Below are positions 41,334-46,731 of a stretch of DNA of 46,731 nucleotides, piece by piece. This stretch comes from an uncultured Gammaproteobacteria bacterium (GTDB lineage: Bacteria > Patescibacteriota > Patescibacteriia > UBA1558 > GWA2-36-10): assembly GCA_964424615.1 (NCBI GenBank), contig CAYRIU010000020.1:1-46731 (forward strand). The letters run 5' to 3'. The translations under genes and the position numbers were made by a program. The notes beneath the pieces are model-generated. The model worked only from the letters and a program-made list of their open reading frames with translations, was not told where the DNA came from and ran no database searches. Position 1 is the stretch's first letter. Each line of letters begins with the position of its first letter.

Positions 41334-41362
41334 TTGACTTTTTACCCAAAAATAGGTATATT
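41334..41362 (+). promoter_or_regulatory. alaS promoter
   Basis: TTGACT (41334-41339), a 17-nt spacer, then TATATT (41357-41362). Confidence 0.55.
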
Positions 41363-41396
41363 TTAGGTATATTTACATGTTAAAAGAAGATAAAAT

Positions 41397-43142
41397 ATGC
41401 CTGTTTTTAGTGCTCAAGAGCTAAGAGATAAATTTCTTAAATATTTTGAATCAAAAAACCATAAAATAATAGCTTCGGCCTCATTGATTCCCGACAATGA
41501 CCCGACTGTTTTGTTTACTACCGCTGGCATGCACCCACTGGTGCCATATTTAATCGGTGAAAAACATCCTCATGGTAATAGACTAGTCAGTGTCCAAAAA
41601 TGTGTGCGCACTGGTGATATAGATGAAGTAGGTGATACCACGCATCATACTTTTTTTGAAATGCTTGGTAATTGGTCGCTAGGTGACTATGACAAAACAT
41701 CAGCTATTGAATATTCTTGGGAATTTTTGACTGAAGTTTTGAAACTAGACAAAGAAAAATTAGCTGTCACTGTATTTGGTGGCAATGAGGCTATCAAAGA
41801 ATATGATGACGAAGCTGAAAAGCATTGGCTGAGTGTCGGTGTAGCTCCTGAACGTATCGCCAGGCTATCTGCCAACTGGTTGGGTACAGCCGGCACCACT
41901 GTTCCTTGTGGTCCTGACACAGAAATGTTTTATTGGGTAGGAGCAGGTGAAGCACCAAAAATTTTTGATCCAGAAGACAACAGATGGGTAGAAATCTGGA
42001 ATGATGTCTTGATGGAATACAATAAAACTGCTGACAATAAATTTGAAGCACTGCAACAAAAAAATATTGACACTGGCATGGGTCTAGAAAGGACTTTGGC
42101 CGTATTGAATAATGTTGATGATAATTATAAAACCGAATTATTCTGGCCGATTATACAAGAGCTGGAAAAATTATCTGGTAAAAAATACGAAGATGACAAA
42201 CGTAGCTTCCGCATAATTGCCGATCACATCAGAAGTGCTGTCTTTATTTTGGGTGACCACAAAGCTGTCACACCATCAAACAAAGATCAAGGATATGTCC
42301 TGCGTCGCCTGATCAGACGAGCAATTCGCTTTGCTAGAAAAATTGGCATCAAGGACACCTTTACATATGCACTAGGAAAAATGATTGCAGGTTATTATGG
42401 TCTTGTATATCAAGAATTAGAGTTTAATAATAATTTTATAGCACAAGAGTTAGATAAAGAAGAAAACAAATTTTTAACCACTCTAGAAAAAGGTTTGCGT
42501 GAATTTGCCAAACAAAAAACTATTGATGGTAAAGTTGCTTTTACTTTATTTTCTACCTATGGTTTCCCACTAGAAATGACAGAGGAATTAGCCAAGGAAA
42601 ATAATATAGAAATCAACAAGCAAGAATTTGAAGCGGAGTTTAAAAAACACCAAGATCTATCACGCACTGCCTCAGCTGGTATGTTCAAGGGTGGTCTAGC
42701 TGATGACAAACAAAACACCAAGCGTCATCATACTGCTGCCCATCTCATGCTCCAAGCCTTGCGTATGGTGCTAGGTGATCATGTAGAGCAAAGGGGTAGC
42801 AATATCAATGAAGAGCGCATGCGCTTTGACTTTACCCATCCAGAAAAGATGACACCAGAGCAAATCCAAAAAGTAGAGGATATAGTCAATGAGCAAATCA
42901 ACAAAAAAATGCCAGTCACTTGGCAGGAAATGACTCTACAGCAAGCCAAAGATTATGGAGCTTTGGGAGTTTTTGAACATAAATATGGCGACGTAGTAAA
43001 AGTCTATACTATGGGTGATTTTTCAAAAGAAATTTGTGGCGGACCACATGTGGACAATACTGGCGAGCTAGGTAGCTTCAAAATAATCAAAGAGGAGTCT
43101 TCTTCTGCTGGTGTCAGACGCATCAAAGCTCAGGTAAAATAA
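41397..43142 (+). CDS. alaS: Alanine--tRNA ligase, compact form (581 aa, no C-Ala domain)
   Basis: FTTAGMHPLVPYL, WVEIWNDVLMEYN, GMGLERT and RIIADHIRSAVFIL. The editing-domain motifs HTAAHLMLQAL and CGGPHV lie close to the C-terminus. Confidence 0.92.
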   Translation: MPVFSAQELRDKFLKYFESKNHKIIASASLIPDNDPTVLFTTAGMHPLVPYLIGEKHPHGNRLVSVQKCVRTGDIDEVGDTTHHTFFEMLGNWSLGDYDKTSAIEYSWEFLTEVLKLDKEKLAVTVFGGNEAIKEYDDEAEKHWLSVGVAPERIARLSANWLGTAGTTVPCGPDTEMFYWVGAGEAPKIFDPEDNRWVEIWNDVLMEYNKTADNKFEALQQKNIDTGMGLERTLAVLNNVDDNYKTELFWPIIQELEKLSGKKYEDDKRSFRIIADHIRSAVFILGDHKAVTPSNKDQGYVLRRLIRRAIRFARKIGIKDTFTYALGKMIAGYYGLVYQELEFNNNFIAQELDKEENKFLTTLEKGLREFAKQKTIDGKVAFTLFSTYGFPLEMTEELAKENNIEINKQEFEAEFKKHQDLSRTASAGMFKGGLADDKQNTKRHHTAAHLMLQALRMVLGDHVEQRGSNINEERMRFDFTHPEKMTPEQIQKVEDIVNEQINKKMPVTWQEMTLQQAKDYGALGVFEHKYGDVVKVYTMGDFSKEICGGPHVDNTGELGSFKIIKEESSSAGVRRIKAQVK

Positions 43143-43160
43143 TAAATTAAAATAAAATAT

Positions 43161-43520
43161 ATGAACATCCAAATTTATAAAAACAATTTTGATTTGACGG
43201 AACCATTTGAACAATATTTACGAGAAAAATTTTCTGCTCTAGATAAATTCCAATCAGATATTACTGATTTTAAAGTAGAATTATCACGTGACCAGCATCA
43301 CAACAAGGGTGAAGTTTTTACCGTATCTGCTCATATCAATATGACCCAACAACGCACTATCACCGCTACAGATACCAATGCAGACGCACGGGCTGCTGTC
43401 GATCTAGTACAGGACAATCTAGCTAGACAACTCAAAAAAATAAAAGAAAAAAATATCTCTTTGGCTAGACGCAGTGGCCGAATATTTAAATCAATAAAAT
43501 TCTGGGGAAAGAATGAATAA
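43161..43520 (+). CDS. hpf: Ribosome hibernation promoting factor (short HPF/RaiA family)
   Basis: 119 aa. MNIQIY..NFDLTEPFEQYLREKFSALDKF...VELS....H.......V.A.I fits the S30AE/HPF pattern. It has the usual position upstream of secA. Confidence 0.8.
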   Translation: MNIQIYKNNFDLTEPFEQYLREKFSALDKFQSDITDFKVELSRDQHHNKGEVFTVSAHINMTQQRTITATDTNADARAAVDLVQDNLARQLKKIKEKNISLARRSGRIFKSIKFWGKNE

Positions 43521-43525
43521 TTTTT

Positions 43526-46281
43526 ATGGGTATATTACAAAAATTGTTTGGTGACGCCAACAAAAAATACGTTGATTCCTTAGCTAGTACAGTCTCTGCT
43601 ATCAACAATCTAGAAAAAGAATTTGAACTCCTGACCGACGAAGAAATAAAAGCAAAAAGTCTAGATCTCAAAAAACAAGTCCAAGCTGGTACCAGCTTGG
43701 ATGATATTTTGGTTCAGCTTTTGCCTTGGTCAGAGAAGCAGCCAAGCGCACATTGAAAATGCGACATTTTGATGTCCAAATCATTGGTGGTATTGTCCTG
43801 CATCGCGGTCAAATAGCTGAAATGAAAACTGGTGAAGGTAAGACTCTTACTTCCACACTGCCTATCTATCTCAATGGTTTGTCTGGCAAAGGAGTACATC
43901 TAGTGACAGTCAATGACTACCTAGCCAAAAGAGACGCTGTCTGGATGGGCCAAATATATGACTTTTTGGGCTTGACTGTCGGCGCTATCCAACACGAAGC
44001 TTCTTTTGTCTATGATCCGACTCATATCTCTGAGGAAGATAAAAAAATGCAAGATGAAGGTATCAAAGTAGTCAAAGATTTTTTGCGTCCAGTCACTCGC
44101 AAAGAAGCCTACGCTGCTGATATCACCTATGGCACCAACAATGAATTTGGTTTTGACTATCTGCGTGACAATATGGCTCAAGATGCCAAAGACCAGGTCC
44201 AACGTAAGTTAAACTATTCCATAGTTGATGAAGTAGATAGTATCTTGATTGATGAAGCTCGTACACCATTGATCATCTCTGCTCCAGCCGAAGAGTCCAC
44301 AGCTCAATACCGACAATTTGCTCAGCTAGTAAACTCTCTAGAAGAAAATACTGACTACAATATTGATGAAAAAATGAAAGCTTGTACACTCAGTGAAGAG
44401 GGTATAAAGAAAATGGAAAAACTACTCGGCGTAGAAAATATTTATGAAAGTCATGGTTTGCAGACTGTTCATCATCTCGAGCAAGCACTACGTGCTAAAT
44501 CACTTTATGTTTTGGATAGAGACTATATAGTCAGCAATGGCGAAGTAGTCATCATCGATGAATTCACTGGTCGCATGATGCCTGGACGTAGATACAGCGA
44601 AGGATTGCATCAAGCCATAGAAGCCAAAGAAGGAGTAGAAGTCCAACGCGAGAGCATGACTCTGGCTACTATTACTTTTCAAAACTTTTTCAGGATGTAT
44701 GAAAAATTAGCTGGTATGACAGGAACAGCTGCAACCGAAGCTGAAGAAATGGCCAAAATTTATAATCTAGAAGTGACGGTCATCCCAACCAATCGTCCAT
44801 TTTCTAGAAATGACATGCGTGACCGTATCTACAAAAATGAACGCGGTAAATACAAAGCTATAGTCAATGAAATAAAAGAAATGCATGCCAAAGGACAGCC
44901 AGTCCTAGTAGGTACTATATCAATAGACAAAAATGAATACCTCGGCGCCATGCTAGAAAGAGCTGGTATACCTTTTCAATTACTCAATGCCAAGTTCCAT
45001 GAAAAGGAAGCTGAAATCATCGCTCAAGCTGGACGCAAAGGTGCTGTCACAATTGCTACCAATATGGCTGGTCGTGGTGTTGATATTATCCTTGGTGGAC
45101 AGCCATTTGATCAGACACAACACGATGAGATAAAAGCCCTAGGTGGCTTGCATGTCTTGGGTACTGAGAGACATGAATCAAGACGTATAGACAATCAGCT
45201 CCGAGGACGCGCTGGACGTCAGGGTGATCCAGGCTCATCTCAATTTTATATCTCTATGGAAGATGATTTGATGCGCATCTTTGGCTCTGATCGTATGAAA
45301 GGCATGATGGAAAAACTCGGCATCCCAGATGACATGCCAATAGAAAATAAACTAATTTCTAACTCTATTGAGTCTGCTCAAAAGAAAGTAGAGGGTCATA
45401 ATTTTGATACTAGAAAACATCTAGTAGACTACGATGATGTGATCAATAAACATCGTCAGGTCATCTACAAGACCCGCCAAAATATCATTGAGCTCTTTGC
45501 TGAGCAAAGCGAATCTACTGATACCAAGAGTAGTCGAGATTTAGTTTTGGAATATGTGCACAAAGAGTTGGAACAGGTGATTTCTTTTCATACCTTGACG
45601 CAAAAAAACATCGGCGATTTTAATCCCCAAGAAATCATCGAAACCATTTTGACTATTTTCCCTCTGAGCAGTGAAGAAGAAAAAACTATTCGAGAATATC
45701 TAGAAAATAATAAAACACACAATGGTCATGGTGAAAGAACTAGCTTGATTGATTATCTCAATGATTTGGCTACGGCTAAATACGACAAATTAGCTGATGA
45801 AGTAAATAAATCTATCACCCTAGATGATGATAGGTGGTCAGCCATGCAACTCATAGAAAGAGGCATTATATTAAAAAGCATTGACTCTCTCTGGGTAGAA
45901 CACTTGACCTCCATGGACAAGCTGCGCACTGGTATCGGTCTCCAGGGCTATGGTCAGCGTGATCCGCTAGTAGAGTACAAAAGACAAGCTTTTGATTTGT
46001 TTAACAATCTAATGTCTGCTATTCGTAAACAGATTGTTTATACTATCTACAAGGTAGGTGTAGCCAAAAAAATGGCTACTCCAGACAAACGCCAAGAACA
46101 AAGAATTTTTACTGAAAAAAAGGCTGGCTACACTCCTTTTCAAAAAGAAGTAGAGGATAGAGAGCAGGCCAACGAAGTATTGCCATCCAAGCCAAAAGAC
46201 GAAGAGGGTCACAAAATAGGCCGTAATGATCCTTGCTATTGTGACTCTGGTAAAAAATATAAACATTGTCATGGAAAGTAA
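43526..46281 (+). CDS. secA: Preprotein translocase ATPase SecA, interrupted by an apparent 1-nt frameshift near 43707-43717
   Basis: ORF 43526-43756 encodes the SecA N-terminus (MGILQKLFGDANKKYV...LDDIL). ORF 43726-46281 continues in the -1 frame with AFALVREAAKRTLKMRHFDVQIIGG...MKTGEGKTL...DEVDSILIDEARTPLIIS... and ends with the zinc motif CYCDSGKKYKHCHG. Confidence 0.9.
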
Positions 46282-46731
46282 AAAACAATTTATTAAAAAT
46301 CGTAAGAATCAAAAAATTGCTGTTTTAACAAACATACCAGAGAAAGTAAATGGCCTAGTCTTTGTAATGCATGGTTTGGGTGGGTTCAAAGAGCAAGCAT
46401 TTATACAAATGGTTTCAAAAATATTTTTAAAGAATAACTATATTGGCGTTCTTTTTGATGCTACTAATTCTTCGGGAGAAAGTGATGGTGTTTATGAGGA
46501 TGCCACGGCAACTAATTATTATGAGGATTTAGAGGATGTCATTGAGTGGGCCTCTGCTCAGACATGGTATTGTGAACCATTTATTTTGGTGGGACATAGT
46601 CTAGGATCTTTAAGCGCAGCATTATTTGCTGAAAAATTTCCCCAAAAAATCAAGGCGCTTGCTCCCATTTCTACTGTGGTGTCAGGAAAGTTTAGTGTTG
46701 AAGCACACAAAAAATATAGACCAGATCAATT
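46271..46731 (+). CDS. Alpha/beta hydrolase, 3'-truncated by the window edge
   Basis: Hand translation from ATG 46271, which overlaps the secA stop, stays open to the end of the window. It has LVFVMHGLGGFKE and the nucleophile elbow LVGHSLGS. Confidence 0.7.
   Translation, partial: MESKKQFIKNRKNQKIAVLTNIPEKVNGLVFVMHGLGGFKEQAFIQMVSKIFLKNNYIGVLFDATNSSGESDGVYEDATATNYYEDLEDVIEWASAQTWYCEPFILVGHSLGSLSAALFAEKFPQKIKALAPISTVVSGKFSVEAHKKYRPDQ

Noticed and set aside
40796-41396. RNA 2 as a T-box leader regulating the downstream alaS
   Set aside because: An AGAGAAGGCAC stretch and a terminator tempted this call. However, there is no T-box consensus (AGGGUGGNACCGCG) and no antiterminator alternative that I can draw. 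The candidate codon sits on the wrong side of the first stem. About 300 nt of AT-rich DNA, with another terminator hairpin and a separate TTGACT-17-TATATT promoter, separate it from alaS.
1-46731. CRISPR arrays, IS elements/transposases, integrases, prophage genes and toxin-antitoxin pairs
   Set aside because: I found no regularly spaced direct repeats and no DDE/serine/tyrosine recombinase motifs. Apart from the two isolated perfect inverted repeats already reported (6833-6939, 27496-27635), I found no terminal inverted repeats flanking the GC-rich cassettes or the 685-2490 island.

Overview
AT-rich (about mid-30s % GC by eye), gene-dense window with almost every gene on the + strand. The gene content looks like a reduced-genome bacterium of the Candidate Phyla Radiation/Patescibacteria type; this taxonomic call is inference from gene content only. 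In order, the window holds: a cell-envelope glycan cluster (four GT4 glycosyltransferases, one a 5'-truncated edge fragment, a polyprenyl-phosphate sugar transferase, two GT-C-like membrane proteins, DUF4012, MurJ) interrupted by a small island and RNase P RNA; lepA; a TraD/VirD4-like ATPase module; dnaX; tRNA-Gln; a small kinase; cyclophilin; typA; uppS; a secreted beta-propeller protein; secDF; a sigma-region-4/HARE-HTH protein; a second, split copy of the ATPase module; archaeal-type AMP phosphorylase plus NUDIX; mnmA; alaS; hpf; secA; and a partial alpha/beta hydrolase. The most unusual signal is five sharply GC-rich islands in intergenic gaps. (1) tRNA-Gln sits inside a ~300-nt transcription unit whose flanks repeat the tRNA ends and pair with each other. 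(2, 3) Two small minus-strand genes (a DNPH1/Rcl-like hydrolase and a 92-aa ORFan) carry strong Shine-Dalgarno sites, which the native genes lack. (4, 5) Two tandem structured RNAs, each with its own promoter and terminator, match no RNA family I can recognise. Other points: the ATPase module occurs once fused (818 aa) and once split (509 + 572 aa); SecD has a parvulin-like insert; a GT4::HNH chimeric ORF sits next to an orphan 601-aa membrane protein; secA has a 1-nt frameshift; and several promoters have TGnTATAAT-N7-ATG (leaderless-type) geometry. No CRISPR array, transposase or integrase was seen. All family calls rest on motif recognition from memory; no searches were run.
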